Positions 20,546 to 30,547 of a DNA stretch of 64,000 nt are shown piece by piece (within the stretch, counting starts at the first letter, position 1; every line of letters begins with the position of its first letter). The DNA lies in NCBI GenBank assembly GCA_039024555.1, contig JBCCQQ010000019.1:33967-97966 (forward strand), read 5' to 3'. Both the position numbers and the translations under genes were made by a program. Under the pieces are notes generated by a model. That model worked only from the letters and a program-made list of their open reading frames with translations, was not told the origin of the DNA and did not search any database. The DNA comes from Cyanobacteria bacterium P01_D01_bin.156. Its GTDB lineage: Bacteria > Cyanobacteriota > Cyanobacteriia > Phormidesmidales > Phormidesmidaceae.

Positions 20546-21472
20546 ATGGCTATGTGGCGTCAGGTAATGGCACTTGTACTACCCCTCAGCATTTTTAGCT
20601 GTAGCATCGTAGGTGCAAAGACACCTGCTGAGGAGCCAGCTATTAACGCTGAGCCATCTCAAACGACATTGAGGCAGGTACCGCCCAACGGATTAGATAG
20701 CTTAGACGCTGCTGATTTACGGTACTTTCAATCTATGGGGCCACTGGAATATGCAACACGGCTGGGGGGTATGCCTAATGCTCCCATCTGGCGGGTACGT
20801 CTGCGGTTAACCCCAGTCCAGCAAGAAACTGAGCTGATTTACCAGGTCAAGGTAGATCACTTTAATATGTCGCCCGCGCTGTATGACTCATTGGTAAGCA
20901 GCTACGGTGCGGAGAATGCAGACCCTAGCCTGAACAACAACAATCCTCACCAACACATTTCTCTAGAGTTTTTCCCTGTGATGAATGTGGCCGCAGACTG
21001 GCTCACTGAATCGACGCAGATTAGTGAGTCGGATGTAGCTACCAATCCTAGTTGTGGTTTAGGCATTGGCTGTGCTGATTTGGATGATTTGATTGCTAGT
21101 GAATGGACTGATATGCCAGCGGTCGCTTTAGAAACAGCACCTTGGGATAGCGAGACACTGCCTACGTTGGTACGAGGGGTGGCCACCCAAGCGGGATGGA
21201 TGCAGGCTGGCGAATGGACCATGCCTATGGAAGTTCCTGAAGGTATTAGCGATGAGCGGCCCTGGGTAGAAGTTTTGGTGACTAACTATGCGGGCAATGG
21301 CGGGGGCTATATGGCCCATTGGATTGAGCGGGTGGCTGATGATAGCGTGCGGGCTCAGGTTTATCAGCTTTATTACGATCCAGCGAGCGGGGAAACCGAT
21401 GGCTATGGAAGCCGAGGATATGTTTGTGCACGAGGTGCTGAGGCAGGACAGGTTAAAGCAATTTGTCCGTAA
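20546..21472 (+). CDS. Hypothetical lipoprotein
   Basis: GGAG RBS at 20536-20539 before ATG 20546; signal with IFSC lipobox-like Cys. Confidence 0.75.
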   Translation: MAMWRQVMALVLPLSIFSCSIVGAKTPAEEPAINAEPSQTTLRQVPPNGLDSLDAADLRYFQSMGPLEYATRLGGMPNAPIWRVRLRLTPVQQETELIYQVKVDHFNMSPALYDSLVSSYGAENADPSLNNNNPHQHISLEFFPVMNVAADWLTESTQISESDVATNPSCGLGIGCADLDDLIASEWTDMPAVALETAPWDSETLPTLVRGVATQAGWMQAGEWTMPMEVPEGISDERPWVEVLVTNYAGNGGGYMAHWIERVADDSVRAQVYQLYYDPASGETDGYGSRGYVCARGAEAGQVKAICP

Positions 21473-21577
21473 CCTAGGTTTTGTGGGGCTGACAACCTAC
21501 TAACCAGTTTCCAATCGAAACAAAACGAGGGCTGAGTTCAGCTCCTATACTTAAGGCAGCGTTCGCAGCATGCTCGT

Positions 21578-22192
21578 ATGGTTCAGGTTGTTCAGGCTAG
21601 TAAACTTACCCTCCATGATGTAGAGACTAAGTATGGTTTACGTCTGGAGACAGACGCTGGTTTCTTTTCTGAATGGCAAGCAGAGCCTATCGACCTGGAT
21701 GAGTATCAGATTCAGTTACTGAACCAAGCCCAAGCGCATTTTAGATATTTACTGTCATATCCAGTTCATGAAGAGCTGGTCAAACTGGTGATTATTGCAC
21801 CATTACTATCAGTAGCAGGTTTCTACGAGCAACCATTTCGGCCTATTGCCGAGGAAACAGTTGAGATTGCGGTCAAAGCAGATGATGAACTGGTGCGTGG
21901 CCGGGTGGATATTTTGGTGCTCAATGAACAAATTTGGGTGACCACCATTGAAGCAAAAGGGCCTCAGTTTAGCTGGCATGTGGGTTTGCCTCAGGCGTTG
22001 ACCTATATGGTCAGTGGTGAGCAGCCAAGTACAATCAGATTTGGGTTGGTCACAAACGGTACTGACTTGATTTTTGTAAAACTGGATAAAGCCACTGGAC
22101 AGTATGGTCTGTCGAAAACATTTTCGATTTTTAATCCAGGGAATGAGCTACAGAACGTTGTGGGTATTCTGAAAGCTCTCAGCGCAGCCTAA
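21578..22192 (+). CDS. HsdR N-terminal-like PD-(D/E)xK nuclease-fold protein
   Basis: EELVKL.II.PLL..AGF, GRVDILV, IEAK, PQALTYM and FGLVTNG. Confidence 0.82.
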   Translation: MVQVVQASKLTLHDVETKYGLRLETDAGFFSEWQAEPIDLDEYQIQLLNQAQAHFRYLLSYPVHEELVKLVIIAPLLSVAGFYEQPFRPIAEETVEIAVKADDELVRGRVDILVLNEQIWVTTIEAKGPQFSWHVGLPQALTYMVSGEQPSTIRFGLVTNGTDLIFVKLDKATGQYGLSKTFSIFNPGNELQNVVGILKALSAA

Positions 22193-22297
22193 ACACTTGG
22201 TTTCGGACAGATCGTTACAAATAGTTCGAACTGAAAATAGTGGTCTATAGTTTCTCTAAGACTGTTTACTAGCAGCCCTTATTGCCTACAGACTACT

Positions 22298-23635
22298 ATG
22301 CCGAGCGATTTCGAAATTCTGAGGAATATCTACAACTCCTTTGATCCGTTTGAGCCTTTGCCAGCAGGGGATCCGGTATATGTGAACTGTAGCGCGGTAC
22401 GGGGTGAGGAAAATATTTTAGTAGATGTGGGGCGGCAGATTACCTATGCGGACCGCATTACCCATCAGCTCTATACCGGTCACCGGGGAGCGGGTAAATC
22501 GACTGAGCTGTTGCGACTGCAGGCAGGTCTCGAAAAGCAAGGTTATCGCGTAGTCTACTTTCCGGCTGAACAGTCGGACATTGATCCAGAAGATGCTCAA
22601 TATACGGATATTTTGCTGGCCTGCACCCGCAATCTGCTAAAGGAGCTTAAGGGAGACTCAACCGCCATCAAAGACTGGCTTCAATCTCGTAAGACAGAGC
22701 TAGTAGATGCCTTGCAAAGTGAGGTGGAATTAGGAGACACGATTAATGTCAGTGTGCCCTTTAGCAAAGTTACTACAACGCTGAAGGTAAGCCCCACCGC
22801 CCGTGCCCAGATTCGTAAAATTGTTGAACCTCATACACCGTCGCTAATCGATGCACTCAATGCCTTTATTACCGAGGCGATGCAGCAGACACACCAGCAG
22901 ACCACCGAGAAGCTGGTGCTAATTGTAGACAGTCTGGACCGGATTCCACCTATTAAAAGAGAGAATGAGCCTAGCAACCACGAGCAAATCTTTGTGGATC
23001 GCAGTGAACAGCTCAAGATGTTGGAATGTCATGTGATTTATACGGTGCCAATTTCGCTGGTGTATTCAAGCCGTGGGGCGGACCTACGGGATATTTATGA
23101 TGCGGAGATTCCGGTGTTGCCCATGGTGATGGTGCGAGAGCAGGACGGAACTGTGTGTGAGTCGGGTCTGGAAGCGATGAGAGAGCTAGTGCGGCAGCGG
23201 GTGTTTTATAACAATGGTCTAGCGGACTCAGCGCAGTTAGTAGGGGACGTATTTGAGAGTCAGGAAACTCTAGATCAGATGTGTTTAATGAGCGGAGGCC
23301 ACATGCGCAACCTGATGCAGATGGCCCAGGAAGCGATTAAACAAAGTGATACGTTGCCCATTACCAAGCGGGCGGCGAGGCTGGCGGTGACAAAGGCGCG
23401 GAATGTGTATCGTAATACGGTCAATGATGACCAGTGGACACTGTTAGCTCAAGTGAATAAAACAAAAGAGATTTTAAACGAGCAAGCCCATCGGAATCTG
23501 TTGTTTAATCGCTGCATTTTAGAATATCGCTATTTGGATGAGGAGAATGATGAGATCATCTGTTGGCGCGATGTACATCCACTACTGCGAGGTGTGAAAG
23601 AATTTCGGGCAGCGCTGGAGAGGATAGAGAACTAA
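22298..23635 (+). CDS. P-loop NTPase (AAA/STAND-like ATPase)
   Basis: Walker A GHRGAGKST, Walker B LVLIVDSLDR, SGGHMRNL helical motif, C-terminal DVHPLL. Confidence 0.88.
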   Translation: MPSDFEILRNIYNSFDPFEPLPAGDPVYVNCSAVRGEENILVDVGRQITYADRITHQLYTGHRGAGKSTELLRLQAGLEKQGYRVVYFPAEQSDIDPEDAQYTDILLACTRNLLKELKGDSTAIKDWLQSRKTELVDALQSEVELGDTINVSVPFSKVTTTLKVSPTARAQIRKIVEPHTPSLIDALNAFITEAMQQTHQQTTEKLVLIVDSLDRIPPIKRENEPSNHEQIFVDRSEQLKMLECHVIYTVPISLVYSSRGADLRDIYDAEIPVLPMVMVREQDGTVCESGLEAMRELVRQRVFYNNGLADSAQLVGDVFESQETLDQMCLMSGGHMRNLMQMAQEAIKQSDTLPITKRAARLAVTKARNVYRNTVNDDQWTLLAQVNKTKEILNEQAHRNLLFNRCILEYRYLDEENDEIICWRDVHPLLRGVKEFRAALERIEN

Positions 23636-23636
23636 T

Positions 23637-24914
23637 ATGCCACAGCAGGATCTGTCGGAATGGGATGAGGATCTAGTGGTCTCTGTTGACCAGGAATATA
23701 TAGCTCTACTGCGTTCGATTCGTTGGGCAAAGGGATTTGGTCTATTGTTTGTGCAATGCTCTCCTGCTGAGGGGAAGCGGTTAATAGAACGCATTCAAGG
23801 GGATGTGGGTGGTAAGCGATTTAATCAGCTGATGTTGGATGGATCGGTGACGGATCTGTATGAGTTATTGCAGTCGCGGCCAGAGGTGCCCCAAAGCGAT
23901 GTGTTGTTTCTGACGGGTTTGGAAAAGTCATTAATTGAGTATATGGAACCAGGGCCACAGCGTACCTACACAGCCCAGGATTTCTATGCGGAGGATAGGA
24001 TTCCTCGTTTGTTGGGGCAGTTGAACTTGCAACGGGAGATTTTGAAGGAGACCTATCCCTTATGTTTTGTGTTTTTAGTGCCGCGCTATGTGGTCAAGTA
24101 TCTAGTACGCAAGGCTCCTGACTTTTTTGATTGGCGTGCTGGTGTGTGGGAGTTTGTTTCACCACAGGAAGAGATAGAAAAACAGTCTCAGCAAATTTTG
24201 CAAGGAGAGTATGAACAGTATCTTGACTGGTCTTCCACTCAGAGGCGAAAGCGTATTTTTGAAATTGAAGATCTAGTTTCTGAGAGCAATTTTGCAGATA
24301 ATGAGATCATTAGTCTTAGGATTGAACAGGGCAATCTCTGTGTTGCCGATGAACGTTACAAGGAAGCGTTCGAATCGTTTGATGCGGCACTAGCGACTAA
24401 ACCAGACGATCACACAGCACTGTACAATAAAGGCCTATCTTTGAATAATTTAGGCTATTACGAGGCAGCGATCGCAAGTTATGATGCGGCGCTAGCGATT
24501 AAACCGAACGATTACATCGCACTCAATAACAAAGGTAATTCTCTGAGTCATTTGGGTCGTTACGAGGCAGCGATCGCAAGTTATGATGCGGCGTTAGCGA
24601 TTAAACCAGACGATTACGTAGTGCTCAATAACAAAGGTAGCTCTCTACATAATTTAGGTCGTTATGAGGACGCGATCCACTTCTATGATGCTGCTCTAGC
24701 TCTTAAATCGGACTTGCACGAAGCACTCAATAACAAATCCTGTGCGTATGCTCTCTTGAACAAACCCGATGAAGCTCTTAAATATCTGAAAAAAGCAATT
24801 GAGCTTGCCCCTGAAAGATATATCGAACTAGCTAAAGCTGATACCGACTTCGACAGCCTTCGCAACGACCCACGTTTTCAGGCTCTCATCCAATCCTTGT
24901 CTCAAAATTCGTAA
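23637..24914 (+). CDS. Tetratricopeptide repeat protein with degenerate NTPase-like N-terminus
   Basis: LNLQRE...APDFFDWR N-terminal domain, then TPR units (YEAAIASYDAALAIKP); starts 1 nt after the ATPase stop. Confidence 0.88.
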   Translation: MPQQDLSEWDEDLVVSVDQEYIALLRSIRWAKGFGLLFVQCSPAEGKRLIERIQGDVGGKRFNQLMLDGSVTDLYELLQSRPEVPQSDVLFLTGLEKSLIEYMEPGPQRTYTAQDFYAEDRIPRLLGQLNLQREILKETYPLCFVFLVPRYVVKYLVRKAPDFFDWRAGVWEFVSPQEEIEKQSQQILQGEYEQYLDWSSTQRRKRIFEIEDLVSESNFADNEIISLRIEQGNLCVADERYKEAFESFDAALATKPDDHTALYNKGLSLNNLGYYEAAIASYDAALAIKPNDYIALNNKGNSLSHLGRYEAAIASYDAALAIKPDDYVVLNNKGSSLHNLGRYEDAIHFYDAALALKSDLHEALNNKSCAYALLNKPDEALKYLKKAIELAPERYIELAKADTDFDSLRNDPRFQALIQSLSQNS

Positions 24915-24976
24915 CCGCTCTTTAATCCAGAAATGCTAGCGCTAGAGTAACCGTATTCACCTCTCCTAGTCTCACT

Positions 24977-25348
24977 ATGCGCTCTATAGTTCTACTGTTG
25001 TCCATCACCCCATTGCTTCTTGGCTGCACCCTTCAATCCGAACCAGCCGAACCCATTCCAAGCACACCAATGGTGGAGGCCCCCTCAGACGCCCTACCCA
25101 CCAACATCCAAACCCAAATCCGCACCGACCTCGCCAACTACCTCAATATCCGCACCGACCAAATCACCATCCAAACCTACAGCCGACGCACATGGTCCGA
25201 CGGCTGCCTGGGTCTCGGTGGACCTGCCGAACTCTGCCTTGCTGCCCTCACCAAAGGCTGGCAAGCCGAAGCCATAGACACCACAACCAATACCCCCTAC
25301 ATCTATCGCACCAACCTCACCGGCGATCAAATCCGTCGTGAGCTATAA
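24977..25348 (+). CDS. Hypothetical lipoprotein
   Basis: Lipobox LLGC; TWSDGCLGL...C..ALT.GW and YRTN.TG motifs. Confidence 0.8.
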   Translation: MRSIVLLLSITPLLLGCTLQSEPAEPIPSTPMVEAPSDALPTNIQTQIRTDLANYLNIRTDQITIQTYSRRTWSDGCLGLGGPAELCLAALTKGWQAEAIDTTTNTPYIYRTNLTGDQIRREL

Positions 25349-25414
25349 CCTACCTACAAAAACCTCTTATCAGCGGTTTATCATAAAGAAAAACATCAAG
25401 CCTCAACGTACCCC

Positions 25415-26029
25415 ATGGATGTAATGGAATTTTTCCAGCACAGTGCTGGACAGTGGCAATCCCAACGCACCACCCACCACCTACCGTTCCGACGGGCGGA
25501 GCTAGGCGGCTCGAATATCACCGTTGAAGCCCTCGATAAGGACAACGAAAAAGTTATTGCCATCTGCAACCTCCATGAAATTGATCCAGCCCTCGCCGTA
25601 GGGGGTGCCTACGTTGCATGGCACGGTGAAATGGCCTGGGACCGCGACGGTGAAGGCAACCACGAGGGTACAACTGTCTTCGCCCTTGTCCCCGATGAAG
25701 ATAATCCCCGTAAGGGCCGTCTGCTCAGGGAACGAGGCTACGCGGAAATTGTCCCCGTAGTCGGTCGCTACGAAATGGATGAAGACGAAGGTCTGGTATT
25801 AGAGACCGAGTACGACACCATGAGCTCCATCGAACGGTTCTGGTTTGTGAGCCCCAATGTACGTATGCGCAGCAGCGTAGTCAGACGGTTTGGCGGTCTA
25901 AGTACAGCGTCTTTTTGTGCAGAAACCCGCGTCTTAGATGGCAAGGCTATCGAAGGTGCTCCCCTAGAAGACGAAGCAGCCATCGAAGCATTTGAGCAAT
26001 CATCGCAGCTAGCCGCCATGGGCTGGTAA
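25415..26029 (+). CDS. cpcS: Phycobiliprotein lyase, CpcS/CpeS family
   Basis: EFFQHSAGQWQSQRTTHHL, LLRERGYAE, ERFWF and ASFCAETR. Confidence 0.9.
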   Translation: MDVMEFFQHSAGQWQSQRTTHHLPFRRAELGGSNITVEALDKDNEKVIAICNLHEIDPALAVGGAYVAWHGEMAWDRDGEGNHEGTTVFALVPDEDNPRKGRLLRERGYAEIVPVVGRYEMDEDEGLVLETEYDTMSSIERFWFVSPNVRMRSSVVRRFGGLSTASFCAETRVLDGKAIEGAPLEDEAAIEAFEQSSQLAAMGW

Positions 26030-26066
26030 AACACAAAGACCGTCTTGCCTTTATTTGAAAATTCTT

Positions 26067-26203
26067 GTAGGGGCATCCCTTCATGGGTGCCCTGATTTTG
26101 GCATAGGTACATTCCTATGCAATCGGAAGAATCAACATAGAGGCTACAAGACTTGTCTGTTTGTGAGCCATCCCGCAGGGACAACACAAGGCATTGCCCC
26201 TAG
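26067..26203. repeat. Pair of GTAG-type REP-like palindromes in inverted orientation
   Basis: gtaggggcatccc-ttcat-gggtgccct (26067-26093) and agggacaacacaaggcattgcccctag (26177-26203), between convergent genes. Confidence 0.6.
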
Positions 26204-26220
26204 CATATGACTGTTTAGCC

Positions 26221-28899
26221 CTAATCCTCGATCAGCCGAGTGCGCTTTGTTCGCGGCGGTTGCTTCTCTTCACGCCGATACTCCTGCTTGGTTTGGTTTT
26301 CTGCCTTTGCTTTTGCTTCTAACGTTTCCATACGGCTTTTCAGATCCCGATTGAGCTGCTTGATGTCGTCTAGCTCCTTACGCATTTCATCAACAGCTTT
26401 ATCGGAGCCGATGGCCTTGCGCACCCTGGACATGGCTTCTTCAGCACGGCGTTTTACCCGTCCGTCTGGGCTTTGCTCAGCTAGACCTCGTAACACTCTT
26501 ACAGCACCAGAAACTTCCATTTGTCCCAGCGCCATCACCACAGCCACCTGAGTCAAGAAAAACTCTTCACGGGCAATGGCTTCCAGACGATCCAAAATGC
26601 GATCTACATTGATCTTGGTTTGTCCAGCAGCAATCTTACCTAGGCAGCGAATAGCGTTAAGTCTCAGGGCCTGGGGAATTCCTAATTCTGTGTAGGGTAA
26701 CAACAGATCAAGCGCTTCTGACGATGACTTGAACATACTCAATCCGCTAATGGCCCCGGAGCGTACAACTTCGTTCCAACCCGCTCGCTCTTCTAACACC
26801 ATTTCTAATAAATTAAGCGTCTTTTTCTGCTTATTTTTACCATTGTCTAGGGTGCTGGCGCCAACTTTACCAAGAACGGTAGCAGCTGCCCCCTCAACGT
26901 AGTAACTCTTATCACCATTTCGAACAACAGATTTAAGAGCCTTGTAACTTTCAACCGTTTTTATACTGCCAAGGGAGATGACCACCGCCCGGCGAACTTT
27001 AGGATGTTTGTCGGCAAGCCCTTTAATCAATCCCTCAACGGCCTGAGAGAGTTGAATCGTAGCCAACGCTTCAGCGACCTCAGCCCGCACCGCCCAAAAA
27101 GAATCCTCTAATAGAGCTTTACTCAAAGTCTCAACAGCTTCTAAGGTGCCTTTCTTAGCAATTGCTTTGGCTGCATACAACCGAGAAATGGGATCGGGGT
27201 CGTACTTCAGCTGTGCTTGGAGTTCTTTGAGGGGATATTCCAGATTGACTGTTTTGAGGGTGTGATTGCCCACATCAAAACTAATAAAGTCGGGCTTGCG
27301 TCGCAGTGGAAAGTAGAATGCCTGCTGTCGTTCATGCACTCTCACGCTCACGGTTTGTACGTCAGCAACATCGTTGTCCACATAGCCAAACCCAACAGGA
27401 ATTTTTAGATCAAACAGACCTTCTTGCACCTGGGATTTACCATCGGCCACCTGGGTTTGGGTTACCAACAGCTTGACTAAATTGCTATCGCCATCCCAGC
27501 TGTACTTGACTGAATAGTCAGGGTGGCCACCGCGATACACATATTGATCAAATAGATAACGGAGATTTTTACCAGTTGCTTTGTCGATGGCCCGCAGCAC
27601 ATCGATGGTTTCTACCGTACTATGGGCATGGGCTGTTAAAAGAGTTTTTAAGGTCTTGGTAAACAGCTGGTCTCCTAACGCCTGACGGATCATGTGATAA
27701 ACACAGGAGCCCTTTTCGTAAATGTGGCGATCGTAGAGCTCAATGGGCTCCCGATAAATGTGGGTTACCAAGGGGCGACGATAGCGGCTAGCATCTTCCG
27801 CAAGATAATCTCGGGCATGGTTGAGGTGATAATACATGGCCTCATCCTTACCATAGGCTTCCTCTAGCCACAGCACTTCTGAGTAGGTGGCCATGCCCTC
27901 TTTTACCCAGGCATGGGACCAGTGGTTAATCACAATTAGATCGCCAAACCACTGGTGGGCCAACTCATGAGCCACGAGAGTTTCGGAGCGCAGGTTATCG
28001 AGTGCCGCTCGCTTATCTAGGAGACAGCGAGCGGTCAAAAGTGTTGTCGTAGTATTCTCCATACCGCCAAAGATAAAGTCGGCGGGACATGCCTGGTCGT
28101 AGTTGGAGAACGGATAATCGTAACCAAATACCTGGCTAAATCGCTCCATCATCTGAGGCGTTTTGCCCATGGTGAGTTCAATTTGGTCTTTGCGGCCTTT
28201 TTGCACGTAGTACCGTACGGGTCGCCCCCGCCACTCCGTTTCAATGCTGTCATACTCGCCAATGGCCAGGGTCATTAGATAGCTGGGATGAACCTTATCT
28301 AACTTCCAGTGATAAATCTTGGCTTTGCCCTCTTCTTCGGTGGAGATGAGCTCACCATTGGACAGAGCAAAGTACTTTTTAGGCACCTTTACTCGAATTT
28401 CCGATGTGGCCAGCTGACCGGGATAGTCAAAACACGGAAACCAAAAACGAGAGTCTTCGTCTTCTCCCTGGGTCCATACCTGATAGGGCTTATCGGGATA
28501 ATGTTCGTCAGGGGCAATAAAATAGATACCTCGCTGGGGTTCTTTTACAGAATAGTCAATCACTAAGGTGATGGGTTGCTCTGCCAGGGTGGGCTTAGTG
28601 AGGCGAATGTGGAGTTGTTCTCCGTCGTAGTCAAAAGGTTGTTGTTCATCATTGATGGTGACCGATGAGATGGAGAGACTAACCGCATCCAGCAAAAGAC
28701 TAGCGATGCCGTTGCGTACCGGATTCAGACGAATGGCACAGGTTCCTTTGTAGCTTTTTTTAGGAATATTAAAATCGAGATCGAGGGCGATATGTTCTAC
28801 CTGGCCCGGACGGTCGGGATTGTAGTGGGGGGATGCACCGGGTAGCTCAAAGGATTTGTGGCCGTTTTCATCGGCATTGAAATAGGCAGCGACGGACAT
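26221..28899 (-). CDS. pepN: M1 family aminopeptidase N with HEAT repeats
   Basis: GGMEN, HELAHQWFG...KEG zinc motif, IYEKG, C-terminal HEAT repeats and coiled coil. Confidence 0.93.
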   Translation of the reverse strand: MSVAAYFNADENGHKSFELPGASPHYNPDRPGQVEHIALDLDFNIPKKSYKGTCAIRLNPVRNGIASLLLDAVSLSISSVTINDEQQPFDYDGEQLHIRLTKPTLAEQPITLVIDYSVKEPQRGIYFIAPDEHYPDKPYQVWTQGEDEDSRFWFPCFDYPGQLATSEIRVKVPKKYFALSNGELISTEEEGKAKIYHWKLDKVHPSYLMTLAIGEYDSIETEWRGRPVRYYVQKGRKDQIELTMGKTPQMMERFSQVFGYDYPFSNYDQACPADFIFGGMENTTTTLLTARCLLDKRAALDNLRSETLVAHELAHQWFGDLIVINHWSHAWVKEGMATYSEVLWLEEAYGKDEAMYYHLNHARDYLAEDASRYRRPLVTHIYREPIELYDRHIYEKGSCVYHMIRQALGDQLFTKTLKTLLTAHAHSTVETIDVLRAIDKATGKNLRYLFDQYVYRGGHPDYSVKYSWDGDSNLVKLLVTQTQVADGKSQVQEGLFDLKIPVGFGYVDNDVADVQTVSVRVHERQQAFYFPLRRKPDFISFDVGNHTLKTVNLEYPLKELQAQLKYDPDPISRLYAAKAIAKKGTLEAVETLSKALLEDSFWAVRAEVAEALATIQLSQAVEGLIKGLADKHPKVRRAVVISLGSIKTVESYKALKSVVRNGDKSYYVEGAAATVLGKVGASTLDNGKNKQKKTLNLLEMVLEERAGWNEVVRSGAISGLSMFKSSSEALDLLLPYTELGIPQALRLNAIRCLGKIAAGQTKINVDRILDRLEAIAREEFFLTQVAVVMALGQMEVSGAVRVLRGLAEQSPDGRVKRRAEEAMSRVRKAIGSDKAVDEMRKELDDIKQLNRDLKSRMETLEAKAKAENQTKQEYRREEKQPPRTKRTRLIED

Positions 28900-29240
28900 G
28901 GATTTTAGGGTGAGACTAGGATTAATTACCTATCTCCCTGAAGAGAGGGACATCGGGAGACAGATGACTATTTAGGGTAGCGTTTTCTGCAAGTACATGC
29001 TGTTCACCTTTGGGATATTTGCTAGTTCCTGATTGAACTGTGACGTTTCGTCGCGCGCGCGCAACACAACGCGAGGCTTGCCTATGTACTTAGAGTTTGG
29101 CATTCGGAAGTCAGAATGCGGTCATCGCCCAATTGCTCCCACTGAAGTTGACACCCATATCGGTGAATAGAGAGGAAACTTAAAGTTTCTTGTGTGAATA
29201 GGGTTTTAAGCTAATTGGAGCACGGAATTTTGCTTTTTAG

Positions 29241-30179
29241 ATGAATAACGCGATCGCAACCCGTTCGATTACTGGACTCATTAATAAAGCATTGGCCATT
29301 AAGCCCCTTGCCAACTTTGCCAAGGACCGCGCCCGCAACATGATGATCAAACGGGCAGAATCCATTGGGGTGTACTGGCTAGATGAAGTCGCCCATCTGC
29401 GGGCTCGGGGCAGTGATGCAGGATTTAACCCTATTTGGGAAAAAGAACGGGCAGAAATTTGCGATCGCGCCCTCACCTATCCCGCCTATTACCTCACCAG
29501 CTTCCACGCCTACGAAGAAGGCAACCTGGGCTGGGAACCAGCCCTAGAAGCAACGGTGGCTGCTAAAGCCGTCCATGCCCGCCTATGGCCCGAAGGCGAT
29601 GCCCAAGGCGATGTGCGCTTGCGTCAAAGTTATCTCAATGTCTTGTTAGAGCAGTTGCCCACAGAACCTAAAACCATTGTAGACCTGGGCTGTAGCACCG
29701 GACTCAGCACCCGCGCCCTACAAACCGCCTATCCCCAAGCCACTATTACCGGTGTGGAACTGTCTGACTATTTTTTAACCGTGGCCCGGTACCAAACAGC
29801 CAATGAGCAGAATACTCCCAAGTGGCTCCATGCAGCAGCAGAAAGCACGGGCCTGCCAGATAGCTCAGTAGAGCTAGTCTCAGCCTCGCTGCTGTTCCAT
29901 GAACTCCCCACATCTGCCGCCCTAGAAGTGATTCAAGAAGCTCATCGAATTCTGCGCCCCGGTGGTCATTTCACCATCATGGAAATGAATCCCCAGTCTG
30001 AGGTGTACAAAAAACTCCCTGCCTATGTCCTCACCCTGCTGAAAAGTACAGAGCCCTATTTGGATCAATACTTTGCCTTAGATGTTCACCAGGCATTGAT
30101 GGATACAGGATTTACCCAACCTAGCCAGACAACAAATACATCCCGCCATCGGGTAATCATCGCTCAAAAACTTGAATAG
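29241..30179 (+). CDS. Class I SAM-dependent methyltransferase
   Basis: VDLGCSTG motif I, LLFHELP, RILRPGG and KSTEPYLDQY. Confidence 0.9.
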   Translation: MNNAIATRSITGLINKALAIKPLANFAKDRARNMMIKRAESIGVYWLDEVAHLRARGSDAGFNPIWEKERAEICDRALTYPAYYLTSFHAYEEGNLGWEPALEATVAAKAVHARLWPEGDAQGDVRLRQSYLNVLLEQLPTEPKTIVDLGCSTGLSTRALQTAYPQATITGVELSDYFLTVARYQTANEQNTPKWLHAAAESTGLPDSSVELVSASLLFHELPTSAALEVIQEAHRILRPGGHFTIMEMNPQSEVYKKLPAYVLTLLKSTEPYLDQYFALDVHQALMDTGFTQPSQTTNTSRHRVIIAQKLE

Positions 30180-30547
30180 CTTAGGCCATCACAGGTGAAC
30201 AAAGAGATCATAAAGCGTGCGCACCTAGCAGAAAGCTACCGCCAGAAGTGGTTTCAAAGAGATTAATAAAGTCTTCAAGATTCCCTAAACAACAACAATC
30301 CTATGAAAATCCCTCACCTTTATTAACTGCTTGTAACAATCCCATTACACACTTTTAAGAAATCCAGCAGATACCAGGGGATCAATATTTTTATTCATAC
30401 AGTGGTAAATAAGGCCTGACGGTTGTTGAGGTTCTTGTCAGCAACGACGCCACAGCCGAGTCTCTTAAGCCCATCGTCCATTGCTTGCTAGCAATCTCAG
30501 CTCGCAAAGCGGTGGGGTTGATGCAATAAAACCTGGCCTATTGTTTT

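Noticed and set aside
29052..29062. (CG)5C run, possible Z-DNA
   Set aside because: Short and isolated, with no supporting context.
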